Shown here: piece by piece, positions 32,447 to 42,772 of the stretch
Numbering within the stretch: position 1 is the stretch's first letter
How the letters are laid out: each line of letters begins with the position of its first letter
NCBI GenBank assembly: GCA_963717465.1
Contig: OY970340.1
Location: forward strand, 1,088,001 to 1,152,000
Length of the DNA: 64,000 nucleotides
Source: Candidatus Bathyarchaeota archaeon
GTDB taxonomy: Archaea; Thermoproteota; Bathyarchaeia; Bathyarchaeales; Bathycorpusculaceae
Reading direction: 5' to 3'
The notes under the pieces: generated by a model
The model's input: only the letters and a program-made list of their open reading frames with translations
Told to the model about the DNA's origin: nothing
Database searches by the model: none
Translations under genes and position numbers: made by a program

Positions 32447-32526
32447 AGCAAAGGCATGTTGAACTGGATCGGTGGGAATTTGAACCCCAAGCAAAGTGGA
32501 GATGCCACCCGCAAATCCCATCTTTT
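32447..32526 (+). repeat. tRNA-T-arm-core repeat, full copy
   Basis: AGCAAAGGCATGTTGAACTGGATCGGTGGGAATTTGAACCCCAAGCAAAGTGGAGATGCCACCCGCAAATCCC. Confidence 0.8.
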
Positions 32527-33392
32527 CTTTCTCTTTTGGAAAGAGCATGATTACTAATTATTTCTGAAGTTTCTGAAGTTCAGCGTTTTCTTTTTCGATT
32601 CTCTGATAACATTCCCAACAAACATAGCGTGCACGGCCTTTTTTTTGAATGGTAATGAGTGAAAGCATTTCACTAAATTGTTTACATACTTGACATATAC
32701 CCAAACCTATCGCCTATACCCTGCTCTCAATTCCATTTTCAATATAGACTTTTCAATAGTTATTAAACATTAATCCCACTTCAATCGTTACTTCGCACGC
32801 TAAAAAAAGGATTAACGAAAAAGTGTTAGTGGACTTAACTGGAATATCCCTCGAATGGTTTGTGCACTAAGTGCGCGCGAGGCAGCAGTCCAAAAGATAA
32901 GGTTAAAGATAAAAATAAGATGGGAGGGTTGAAAACGATCAGTTGTGTAGTATTCAAGAATAAGGTGGCAAGTGTAGCCGCTAGTAGGCCAATCGCAGGG
33001 TTTAAAGCAAGTTTCGATATGCTCACTAGCGTGCCTTCAGAGTTTTAGATGTATAGCATTAGTGCGATTTTTATGATTTTCGGTTCTGTCATTTAATTGG
33101 TAATTGGGAGCAGCCAATCGCAAAAAAGCAAACTTTCAAAGGCACCCCTAATTTGATAGCTGTTTAAGACTAGAGGAGGACTTAAAAAGAACATCTGGCA
33201 TAGTTCTTCGTGTAGCACGCATGCTTGTTCCGAAAATGGTTAAAAATGGTCAAAGGTCCATTTTTCGCGTTTTGACTGCACATTAAAGCATGACCCCGAA
33301 TAGAAGTAGCAAGAGAGTTACACGACAAAAAGGTGAATTATAACCGTTTTTGACCAATTTAGAAACAGCCATGAGTACGCTAAAAATAAAAA

Positions 33393-34982
33393 ATGGAGTG
33401 TATAAAATTGAGAGAAGGAACATACATACCTAAAAGATTTTGCCCGCCTATAGCGACAAAAGAGGAACTAATGATAATACACCAAGCAGCAGTGTATTTG
33501 TTAGAAAAAGTTGGGGTTGGAGGCCTTACACCTAAGCTACAGAAAATCTATAAACAGTTAGGTTGCACGGTTGCTGATGAGAAAAAGGGAATCGTAAAGA
33601 TTCCTGAAAGACTTGCAGTGGAAGGCATAGACTCAGTGGCGAGCAGTTTCATTCTGCCAGCGAGGGTACCTAAGGAAGATATCTTTATGCAAGCTGGAAG
33701 CAACCATACCTTTGTTGGAGGTTTTGGCATAATGGCTCTATACTCTACGTGGAATCCAGCAACACGGAAATTTGAATTTCGAGATGGTGTAGATGCTGAC
33801 AACTGGAGAGAACAGAAGGTCGTTGAGTATTTCCCCGAGTATGACATGACTAGCCCCATATACTTACCTATGGATTTGGCTGAGGCTGGTTTGCCAGTGG
33901 ATACTCATGATCTCAACAGTACTATTCAATGCAATACCAAGCACATTTGGCATATTGACGCAATTGATCATATTGAATGTTACACTGAGTTAGCTGCTGA
34001 GGTTCTTGGAGGATTCGAAGAGCTTGCGAAGAGACCATTCATAACTAACCATGGAGATACACCAGGCTTAGTTTACGGCCAAAAAACTAGTGATAGAATG
34101 AGTGGAACTTTGGAAGGCTGGGAAAAGGGCAGACCTCTGCTTATTGATTACACGGATGTTTGTATACCTGGTTTTCAAGGACCCGCCAGCATAACAGGAG
34201 CATATGCAGTGACAGTTGCAACAGCTTTATCGATGACTGTGGGTTTAGGTTTGGGAAACAATGGAGTAGGAAGAGGGCGAATCCCTAACATGACCTATGA
34301 CCTAGTCATGCCTATGGACCCCTACACTCAACAATTAGCAACTACCGAAGAAATATTTAGCAAAGCTTTATCCCTTCATGTGAACTTTTGGCATCGCAAC
34401 TACAGTTGACCAAAAACTACAATGTGGCCCGGACAAGGCATAGGCGGTTGCTCAGGTGGTTCTGACACACAAAATGGTCTAGGAGCTTGGTGGCTGTTTA
34501 ATGCATTCGCAAACGGTACTGATCAGACAGGAGAATGGTCAACAACCGCTGGGCCAAACGGAATCAACATGTGGGGCTATGCTGTATGCGCTGAAATGAT
34601 TAAAATATTTAAGTATTATTTCAAAGATTTCGACTTCTCACCTGCGAGTTTCGATCCTGAAGGGTGGCTTACGAAAGGTCCCAGAGGAGACTTCATGAAA
34701 GAAAAAGAAACTGTGAAAAAAATGGTGGACTTGATGTTTGCGCCGATGCGTCATGGCTATGGCTTATATGAAATAAGGCAATATCTGCGATGGATTGAGG
34801 ATAAACTTACCATGGATGATCGTGCAAACGCTTTAACCCAGAAGATCATTAAAGAGTTCCCTGCTCCACTGCCTCCAAAAGACGTATCTGATAGAATGAA
34901 TGCAATCATAGCCAAATACGACAAGATGTACCAGATCGGCGGCTACACCGTAGACAAATCAGGTACAGGTGCAAGATTCTAA
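33393..34982 (+). CDS. MttB (trimethylamine methyltransferase) superfamily protein with in-frame TGA at 34407-34409 (recoded or nonsense)
   Basis: IHQAA..LLEKVGV, NTKH, GPASITG, C-terminal ...IIAKYD; ORFs 33393..34409 and 34422..34982 are in frame, separated by TGA plus 4 sense codons; followed by a corrinoid gene. Confidence 0.7.
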
Positions 34983-35661
34983 GGAGACAAAAAAGAAGGA
35001 ATTCTCTATGGTAACTAAGGCTGAAGTACTTGAGCACCTCGCTAAAGCAATTATTGATTATGATGAGGATAAGGCTGTTGTAGCGGCTAAAGAGGCTGTT
35101 GAGAATAAGCTGGAGATTATGGACGCTATCGAGAAAGGCCTATCAGTTGGCATCAAAGAGGTTGGTGACCGATTCGGTCGCTTCGAATATCCTCTACCAT
35201 ACGTAATCATGGCGGCAAACGCGATGACTGCTGCAGTTAACTACCTCAAAGAAAAGTATCCCAAAGACAAGCTGCCAAAGGCAAAAGGCATAGTTGTCAT
35301 CGGAACAGCTTTCGGTGACATCCACAGCATTGGCAAAAACCTTATTGCTGACATGTTGCGAACTGATGGCTTTGACGTTTATGACTTAGGTGAAGAAATT
35401 CCAACCGAGGACTATGTCAAGAAGGCTGAAGAGGTTCATGCAGACATTGTTGCAATGGGTGCGTTGATGACCAGCAGCATGTCCTATCAGAGAGCACTCG
35501 TTGATACGCTTGTTGAGCGTGGTCTTCGTAAGAAGTATAAGGTGCTTGTTGGCGGTACTCCGATGACTGATGATTTCTGCAAGCGGATTAAGGCTGATAC
35601 TTGGGGTGCAGACTGCGGAGACGCAATCAAGAAAGCACGTATGCTCGTAGGCAAAACCTAA
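34969..35661 (+). CDS. Corrinoid protein (MttC/MtbC-like); start probably ATG 35008
   Basis: GDIHSIGKNL, MGALMT, LVGG. Confidence 0.92.
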   Translation: MQDSKETKKKEFSMVTKAEVLEHLAKAIIDYDEDKAVVAAKEAVENKLEIMDAIEKGLSVGIKEVGDRFGRFEYPLPYVIMAANAMTAAVNYLKEKYPKDKLPKAKGIVVIGTAFGDIHSIGKNLIADMLRTDGFDVYDLGEEIPTEDYVKKAEEVHADIVAMGALMTSSMSYQRALVDTLVERGLRKKYKVLVGGTPMTDDFCKRIKADTWGADCGDAIKKARMLVGKT

Positions 35662-35942
35662 AAACAAAAAACTCTATTTTTTTTATATTTTTAGAATTAA
35701 TTTCTTTGCTGATCTTATAGCCTGCGCTTCTTTTATTACTCACATCTTACTTTTAGTAAGAATAATGGTTTTACTAAAACTGTGCATTTATGAATTATTT
35801 TAGTCTAGTCTACGCTGCCCGAGCTTTTAATTCGAGTTTTTAGCTGGCAGATCGATCTGTTACTTTTGCAATTTACTACTCTCTATAAGTGACTATTTAC
35901 CCTCTTATTTTAATTTCAAAAATCTAAACCGAGAGTGAATTA

Positions 35943-36404
35943 ATGTCTATCGAGGAGTTTTTCGGTTACAAGTTTCGTACTAACCTATATTATAACGAGC
36001 ATGTTTGGGCCAAACTAGAACCTGATGGAAATGTACGGGTGGGGTTCGACGATATTGTGGCTAGAGGTGCTGTCAAGATCTTTATGGTGAAACTAATGCC
36101 TCTTGGATCAGTTGTCGTGCAGAAAAAGAAGATAGGCATATTGGAATCAATAAAATATACTGGACCAATTGTTGCACCGCTTTCTGGGACGATTGTTTCT
36201 GTAAACGAGAATGTTCGCAAACTTGGTGCTAACGCATTCAAGGATGATCCATACGGCGAGGGTTGGCTATCTGTCATTAAACCATCAGATCTCGAGAATG
36301 AGTTGAAGAATATACTTTATGGTGAAGCTGCTGTAGAATGGTTTAAGAAAGAAGCTGAAAAGTCAAAGGATGACATAGCAGGTGGAGAGTATAAAGGCCT
36401 GTAA
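35943..36404 (+). CDS. gcvH: Glycine cleavage H-protein-like lipoyl carrier
   Basis: H.W, VRVG, LESIK (lipoyl Lys), APLSG..V.VN, DPYGEGW. Confidence 0.8.
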   Translation: MSIEEFFGYKFRTNLYYNEHVWAKLEPDGNVRVGFDDIVARGAVKIFMVKLMPLGSVVVQKKKIGILESIKYTGPIVAPLSGTIVSVNENVRKLGANAFKDDPYGEGWLSVIKPSDLENELKNILYGEAAVEWFKKEAEKSKDDIAGGEYKGL

Positions 36405-36559
36405 TCATCAATTTTGTTCTCTGAGAATAGAACACTAAGCCCGTTCAACATTGTTGATTTACAATTAGATTAACTCTATGATAGAAAAAAAGAAGACTTT
36501 ATTTTTGATATTTAATATAAAGCTTGCCTGCTAGTAGGTTCAGCGCCTACAATATGCTC

Positions 36560-36910
36560 TTACATAAATGCTGATTGGAGTTTCATCACGACTTCCATTG
36601 GGCCATCAACTTTTATTGCTCCACTCATCATTGCGCCCATGCCGTCAATAAGGCCGCTATATATCGCATCTACTGTGTCGGTTGTAGTGATGATTGTGGC
36701 TTGTGCTCCTTTCTTCTTCAACACTTTAAGATATCCTTTTTCAACTTTCTCAACTTTGCCATCCACACCGAATTTCAAATAGTAAACCTCTTCTGCATTT
36801 GTAAAATTAATGATAATAGCTCCACCCCAATTTTTAGATCCTTCCGGCTTAGCAGCTACTCTTTCAGTTAGACCCTTTATCAATTCATCTGCTTTTTCTT
36901 GAGCTGACAT
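36560..36910 (-). CDS. SCP2 sterol/lipid-carrier domain protein
   Basis: G.ID...AMMSG.IKVDG.M...MKL pattern. Confidence 0.75.
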   Translation of the reverse strand: MSAQEKADELIKGLTERVAAKPEGSKNWGGAIIINFTNAEEVYYLKFGVDGKVEKVEKGYLKVLKKKGAQATIITTTDTVDAIYSGLIDGMGAMMSGAIKVDGPMEVVMKLQSAFM

Positions 36911-37037
36911 TTTTTCAAACCCCTTTTTGATTAAGTTGTCTATTGCCATTATGCTTTTAAGAAGTAACTAGCTAGTTTTGTTACAACCCAAAAAAACATT
37001 AATTATGACTGGTAAGAGTCCGTATTAAGCTCATAGT

Positions 37038-37946
37038 TTATGATTTTATTCGTGCTTGCACGAGTCCTATTTCCGAGATTTCTGATTCATTCCAAACTCT
37101 TTCAAAGAATTGAATGATGACATTAATTAGTTCTTTGTTATTCGTGACCATTATTTTCTTAAAGTAACCGTAATCGTCTTTTTCGAGTGACATTACCAGT
37201 TCTTTCCCATCTCTCTCAAAAAAGCATGGAAAGGTACCGTTGATTGTTTTGTTATATCTATTTTCAAAATTATCGGAGACCTTCCCTTTCTCTTCCTTCA
37301 TCAGTTTTTTAGTGTATTCTCTATTTATCTTATTATCTTTACCAATACATCTGTATTTAACTCCGCGGATGATATTGGCTTTTGTTATTCGGTGACTTTC
37401 CTCAAAATTTGGCGTTTCTTTGTATGCATTGTCTATCATTATCAATATTTCCTTTTGAGTTTTCCTAAAGAACTCCATGAGTATAGCATAAATCGTGTTT
37501 TCATTTTCGACGACAGTAAATTTGTCGATTTCGTCTGGTTCTTTCTGTTCTGACAATTTTAGGGTTGCAAGTAGTGTCTCCTTGTTGCTTCTGAGCAGCA
37601 TTGCCTCAGTGCTCTTAGATTCCGCCATAAAATCTATTACCTTGTCAAACGGTGTTGCAGAAAAATATGCTGGGCATCCAAGCGAAGATGCAACAAAATT
37701 TCTGTTTTGCAGACTCCTAAGATGGCGATAAACTTGGACTTTATTAATTTTTAACGTTCTCGCTATGTCCATTACTTTATGGGTTCCAGTTTTTGCCAAA
37801 AAAATGTATATGCGTGCTTCCTGTTCAGTAAACCCCAATTCAATTAGCTTAGCCAATATTAAATTCTGGTCCAATCTAGCTTCCTTCTCTCTGGAGCGTA
37901 ACTCTATTTCTAGTATAGAAATTGTGAAGTATTTATACTGAATCAA
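37038..37946 (-). CDS. TrmB-family transcriptional regulator
   Basis: LGFTEQEARIY.FL, QVYRHLRSLQ.R.FV, P..F.A.P; C-terminal effector domain ending FERVWN. Confidence 0.85.
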   Translation of the reverse strand: MIQYKYFTISILEIELRSREKEARLDQNLILAKLIELGFTEQEARIYIFLAKTGTHKVMDIARTLKINKVQVYRHLRSLQNRNFVASSLGCPAYFSATPFDKVIDFMAESKSTEAMLLRSNKETLLATLKLSEQKEPDEIDKFTVVENENTIYAILMEFFRKTQKEILIMIDNAYKETPNFEESHRITKANIIRGVKYRCIGKDNKINREYTKKLMKEEKGKVSDNFENRYNKTINGTFPCFFERDGKELVMSLEKDDYGYFKKIMVTNNKELINVIIQFFERVWNESEISEIGLVQARIKS

Positions 37947-38059
37947 AATTTGCGATATAGGTGCTTGAATTATTTTTGAGGAGTTGTTACTTTTGAAACT
38001 TATTAGAGCTTAATAGGTTTTCGGATATTAAGCTCTTTCAATAAACTGAAGGTAGGCAA

Positions 38060-38773
38060 ATGGAATCGTTATATAGTGAACTAAAAGAAACTCTGAAGGC
38101 AGAAGATCCAAACAAGTTTGGGGAATTAACCCAAAAAGCTTTGGATGCCGGCGCTGACCCTTATGATTTGTTGAATAAAATCGTAGGTTACGCTAAAGAG
38201 CTTACATCGAAAAGCTGGTGGGCTGGAGGAACAGAAGGAGCGAGCAATGTTTCCGAAAAAGATGCTCTGCTACTATCAGATCTTATTGTGATAGGCGAAT
38301 GCCTCATAAAAAGTACTGGCATTATAAAACCTCATTTGTTAGCAAGCGGAAGGAAAGCGGAACTTCCAGGAAAAATCGTTCTGGGAACTATCGAAGGGGA
38401 TGTACATGATATTGGGAAAAGCCTAGTTAAAACGATGTATGAATCAGCTGGGTACCAAGTTAATGATATTGGCCAAGATATTCCAGTCAAGAACTTTGTA
38501 ATGGAGACAAAAAGAACAAAGGCCGATGTAGTTGGCATCAGTTGTTCCATGTCTATGTGCAAAACAGCAATTCCTAAAGTTGTAAAAGAACTACAAAGAA
38601 TGGGAATTCGAGACAACGTCAAAGTAATTGCAGGTGGGCAATCAACCTTCGAAAGTGATGTGCCACTATATGGCTTGGATGCTTGGGGAGCAGACATGGT
38701 TGATGCAGTTAAAAAAACTGATGAATTAATACGAATACTTAAAGAAGAGAAATTGAAGAAGGGGGTGAAATGA
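38060..38773 (+). CDS. Corrinoid (B12-binding) protein
   Basis: EGDVHDIGK, GISC, IAGG. Confidence 0.9.
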   Translation: MESLYSELKETLKAEDPNKFGELTQKALDAGADPYDLLNKIVGYAKELTSKSWWAGGTEGASNVSEKDALLLSDLIVIGECLIKSTGIIKPHLLASGRKAELPGKIVLGTIEGDVHDIGKSLVKTMYESAGYQVNDIGQDIPVKNFVMETKRTKADVVGISCSMSMCKTAIPKVVKELQRMGIRDNVKVIAGGQSTFESDVPLYGLDAWGADMVDAVKKTDELIRILKEEKLKKGVK

Positions 38774-40045
38774 TGAATATAGAATGGAATTCTGAAGAAA
38801 TTAATCGTGACTATCCCTTGTGGTGGAATAAAGGGCCATTCAGTTACCAATTCACCGCTACGGAAGAGGTTATACTAGAGAAGGCGCGAGCAAAGTGGCT
38901 TGAACGCAAGAAAGATGAACCCATGATGCCTCGTGAACGATGGGCTAAAGCCCTATTTACTGATGAATCAATAGATCGGTTACCTTGTCACAACACAGGT
39001 ATGCACCAGACTGTATGTCGAATATTCGATGGTTTCTGTGATCCACCATCAATCGTATCCATGAAAGATATGATAAATAACCCCAACTTAGATGCAATAG
39101 GACAACTATTATGGTATGCAAAATTTGCAAGCACTTGCGACATGATGTGGCCATACAACTATGGCTTTGGAGAAGAACTGGTGACTAGGAAATTCAGATT
39201 CATCGAAAATGGTCCACCACTGGCTGTGGAGCCTTTTGTCAGGACCAAAGAAGATGCTCTATTCTTCTTAGACAATGTTCCGGAGCCTGCCTTGAGAGCT
39301 GGAACTTGGCCTATATATTTCTGGGAAACTAAAACACTCATGAAACTATGTTCCAGAGATGCCAATAGTAGGATCCACTTGTGGCGGTCCAGTAACCATG
39401 GCTGGCTTCCTGAGGGGAATCAAGGATTTTGTATTGGATATTCGAAATAATATTGAGCTTGCCGAGCTATGTCTCAAGGGTACAACTGCTCTCTTGAAGA
39501 AGAAGATTGACAAACAGACAGAGATACTTGGTCAGCAAATAGATGACACCGGAGAGGGTAATTGGATAACTTGGTGTGACTCAACTAGCTACTTGTCGGG
39601 GGAGGAATTCGCAAAGGTATTTGACATAACCTACGTTGATGCGGTGAAATACTGTGCAAAGAAAGGATGGCAGCCTGAAGTTATCCCTGAAGGGCCAATG
39701 GTTGCTCACGTGCCAATCGCAAAGTGTCTCAGTGAAAACGGTGGTGGTGGAATGTTAGCTTTCAGTGAACATCCAAGCATTGAGGAATGGTATGATAACA
39801 CACGAAAATATGATAATGTGTGGGCTCATGATGCATTTGATAATGTAATGATGTTTTCTCCTGATTATCAAAAAGCTATCCGAGAAGATCTGGCACGTCA
39901 CGCAAAAATATTTGTAAAGTATCCGACAAAAGGACATAGAACCTATTTATCAGTGCCTACCGGAGATCCGACGATACCTCTTTCAGCTATTGAATTTGCA
40001 AGCAAGGCAATACTTGAAACCTTCAAATATCCACTTCAAATTTAA
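38770..40045 (+). CDS. URO-D/MtaA-family methyltransferase-like protein with a one-base frameshift near 39351 (error or pseudogene)
   Basis: M.PRER...DRLP N-terminus, GGP.T.A..LRG, CD; removing one T joins KLC to PEMPIVG; ATGA overlap with corrinoid gene. Confidence 0.65.
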
Positions 40046-40051
40046 CTACAG

Positions 40052-40080
40052 TGCGATTCTAAAAAATCGCAATTTTTTTT
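40052..40080 (+). terminator. Hairpin plus T-tract terminator
   Basis: TGCGATT/AATCGCA stem followed by a T run, just after the stop at 40045. Confidence 0.55.
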
Positions 40081-40267
40081 AATTAATTACGTCATGGGGC
40101 TGTTGCAGGGTTGGCATGTTGTCGTGTGTTTGCCGAGCGGAGATTGTTTCAAACGACTAAGCGGTTTTTCAGCAAACGCTAAAATAGGTGCTAACCCGTA
40201 GCGCTTATATGTTGCTATAGGCGTGATATTAAGTACGAAATGAACAATGCAGTAGAATTTAGGGAGA

Positions 40268-40651
40268 TTGGCTATCATTGACGTGACTAACCGACTATCG
40301 AAAGCCAAATATATTAACCTTGAAACATACAAAAGAAACGGCGAAGCAGTCAGGACTCCCGTTTGGTTTGTAGAGAAAAATGGCTTGGTTTACTTTCATT
40401 CAATGGCAAAATCTTGGAAAGTAAAGAGGCTTAAAAGAAATCCTATGGTTCGTCTGGCACCTTGTTCAATGTCAGGTAAAATAAAGGGAGACTGGCTCAA
40501 GGGAAAAGTTACACTAATCGATGGAGAAGAAGGCAAAAGAATAGTCAAGCTGGTAAACTCCTCACAGTCAGGTATGGATAAAATTATTAGCTTTTTTGAG
40601 AAGAGGCGCGAGCGCGGTAGTGTTGCTTTCTCAATCAAATTGGAAGCCTGA
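40268..40651 (+). CDS. PPOX-class (F420/FMN-binding) oxidoreductase
   Basis: YINLETYKRNG..V.TPVWF, KVKRL.RNP.V..APC...G. Confidence 0.88.
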   Translation: MAIIDVTNRLSKAKYINLETYKRNGEAVRTPVWFVEKNGLVYFHSMAKSWKVKRLKRNPMVRLAPCSMSGKIKGDWLKGKVTLIDGEEGKRIVKLVNSSQSGMDKIISFFEKRRERGSVAFSIKLEA

Positions 40652-40915
40652 CCAAAATATCCTCATTTTTAGCTTTCACCTGGTAAGATGTAGCCTGCGA
40701 CGCCTAAGAGGGCAGACGGTGTCGATTGTGGCATTAGATAGCCTTCATACGTGCCGCTATGCTCATACTTGTCATAACCTTTTTGCGAGCACAAAGCAAA
40801 GTTTATGTATTGAATACGTAAGCTAACGCGGGCGCGTACGTCAGATAAATTTTTTCCTTTTTAGCAGGAAAATTTTAGTTAGGTTAGAAAAATTTTCAGA
40901 ACTGTTATTGCTGGT

Positions 40916-40982
40916 CGCCAATGTTAAAAATAATTTTCTAGATATAGGTACAGGAACTAGTAGTAGTTGTTCATTGGAACTA
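40916..40982 (+). repeat. ~65-bp direct repeat, copy 1
   Basis: CGCCAATGTTAAAA(A)TAATTTTC..GATATAGG...GGAACTAG also at 43090..43152. Confidence 0.75.
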
Positions 40983-41185
40983 GGAGTAGTTTACTTAGGT
41001 TATAGGCAAAGATGCGTGCAAGGGATTAGAAAAACTCACTAATCATGCAGATAATATCGGGACAAGGCGAGGCGCCACCCAAGTTTTGGTCTACTGTTTA
41101 GCCGTGAAAACACGTTAGAGCGCTTATTGCAAAGTCTTTAATAGTTCTTCTTCTCCTCAAAAGGGCTGAACGGTGGTTTATTCAC

Positions 41186-42772
41186 ATGAAGGGGTTACGT
41201 GTTTTAGCAGCATTGGTTTGCGCACTTTTTGTTTTCAGTTTAGTTTTGATTCCGTTAACGAATGCTGACTGGATAATGTTTCGCGGAGACCTGTCTCGCA
41301 ATGGTGTAGGAACAGGTAATCCGGCGCTTACGCCCACGCTACTCTGGAATTATACCACCGGCGGCATTGTTTTTTCGTCTCCTGCTGTTATAGATGGTGT
41401 AGTCTATGTGGGTTCACTGGACGGTAACGTTTATGCTTTAAACGCTGCTAGCGGCATCCAACTTTGGAATTATACTACCGGCAACTATGTTGAGTCATCT
41501 TACACTGTTTTAGGTATTAGCACGCTTGCAGACTCCCATGGGGGTCCTAGTGAATCGGTTTATTCGTCTCCTGCTGTTGTTGGTGGTGTGGTCTATGTGG
41601 GTTCACAGGATGGTAATGTTTATGCTTTGAACGATACTAGCGGCATCCGAGTTTGGAATTATACTACCGGCGGAGGGATTTGGTCATCTCCTGCGGTTGT
41701 CAACAACGTGGTCTACGTGGGCTCCGGTGACGACAATGTTTATGCTTTGAACTCTACCAACGGTGCCCAACTTTGGAATTACACAACTGGCAATTTTGTT
41801 GATTCGTCTCCTGCTGTTGTCAACGGCGCAGTCTACATAGGCTCCGATGACGGTAACGTTTATGCTTTGAACTCTACCAACGGTGCCCAACTTTGGAATT
41901 ACACAACCGGCGACTATGTTAGGTCGTCTCCTGCTGTTGTTGGTGGTGTGGTCTATGTGGGTTCATACGACGATAAAGTTTATGCTTTGAACGCTACTAC
42001 CGGCACCCAACTCTGGAATTACAGCACCGGCAGCGCGGTTTATTCGTCTCCTGCTGTCGACGATGGAGTCATCTACATAGGCTCAGAAGATGGTAATTTT
42101 TATGCTTTGAATGCTACCATTGGTAGCCAACTTTGGAATTACACCACCGAGGGCGGGATTGAGTCGTCTCCTGCGGTTGTCAACAACGTGGTCTACGTCG
42201 GCTCCGATGACGGTAACGTTTATGCTTTAAACGTTGCTACCGGCGCTAAACTTTGGAATTACACCACCACCGCCGATGTTGAGTCGTCTCCTGCGGTTGT
42301 CAACAACGTGGTCTACGTCGGCTCCGATGACGGTAACGTTTATGCTTTGGGTAGTTCTTCAACGCCAACTCCAACGCCCACTCCAACTTTGTCGCCGGCA
42401 GGTACAGCAGCATTTGTTTTCAGTCCACTCGACTGGGCCATAGTTGTAGTTGTCATCGCTATCATAATGTTACTTTTAATATTCCTTCTATTGTTCAGAC
42501 GCGGCTGCAAGCTTACGGTGACGGTGCAAGATGCGGAAACGCTCTCGCCGATTTCAGGAGCAACGGTTTCAGCTAGTGGTCCGAAATCTTTGGCAGGTAC
42601 TACTGGAAGCAATGGACAAGCTGTTTTTAGTAACGTGAAAAAAGGCGATTATTCAATCATAGCCAGCGCCACAGGATACAACACTTCAATGCCAGCATCC
42701 GTTTCAGTGAAAAATAAAACTGATTACGTAATTAAGCTGAGCCAAATGGTGCCCAAGACCAAAGAAACCTAA
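41186..42772 (+). CDS. PQQ-like beta-propeller repeat surface protein (8 blades), TM helix, C-terminal carboxypeptidase-regulatory-like domain
   Basis: Eight LWNY[TS]T....SSPAV..GVVY.GS.D..VYAL repeats, PT linker, TM helix. Confidence 0.9.
   Translation: MKGLRVLAALVCALFVFSLVLIPLTNADWIMFRGDLSRNGVGTGNPALTPTLLWNYTTGGIVFSSPAVIDGVVYVGSLDGNVYALNAASGIQLWNYTTGNYVESSYTVLGISTLADSHGGPSESVYSSPAVVGGVVYVGSQDGNVYALNDTSGIRVWNYTTGGGIWSSPAVVNNVVYVGSGDDNVYALNSTNGAQLWNYTTGNFVDSSPAVVNGAVYIGSDDGNVYALNSTNGAQLWNYTTGDYVRSSPAVVGGVVYVGSYDDKVYALNATTGTQLWNYSTGSAVYSSPAVDDGVIYIGSEDGNFYALNATIGSQLWNYTTEGGIESSPAVVNNVVYVGSDDGNVYALNVATGAKLWNYTTTADVESSPAVVNNVVYVGSDDGNVYALGSSSTPTPTPTPTLSPAGTAAFVFSPLDWAIVVVVIAIIMLLLIFLLLFRRGCKLTVTVQDAETLSPISGATVSASGPKSLAGTTGSNGQAVFSNVKKGDYSIIASATGYNTSMPASVSVKNKTDYVIKLSQMVPKTKET

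Noticed and set aside
32835..33090. Small membrane-protein ORF
   Set aside because: Interrupted by an in-frame TAA and has no recognisable family; probably a remnant.
33393..34982. Pyrrolysine-containing MttB
   Set aside because: The internal stop is TGA, not TAG, and there are no pyl genes in the window.
41340..42350. CRISPR array or DGR
   Set aside because: The repeats are in-frame 120-bp protein repeats; no spacers, reverse transcriptase or adenine-specific variation seen.
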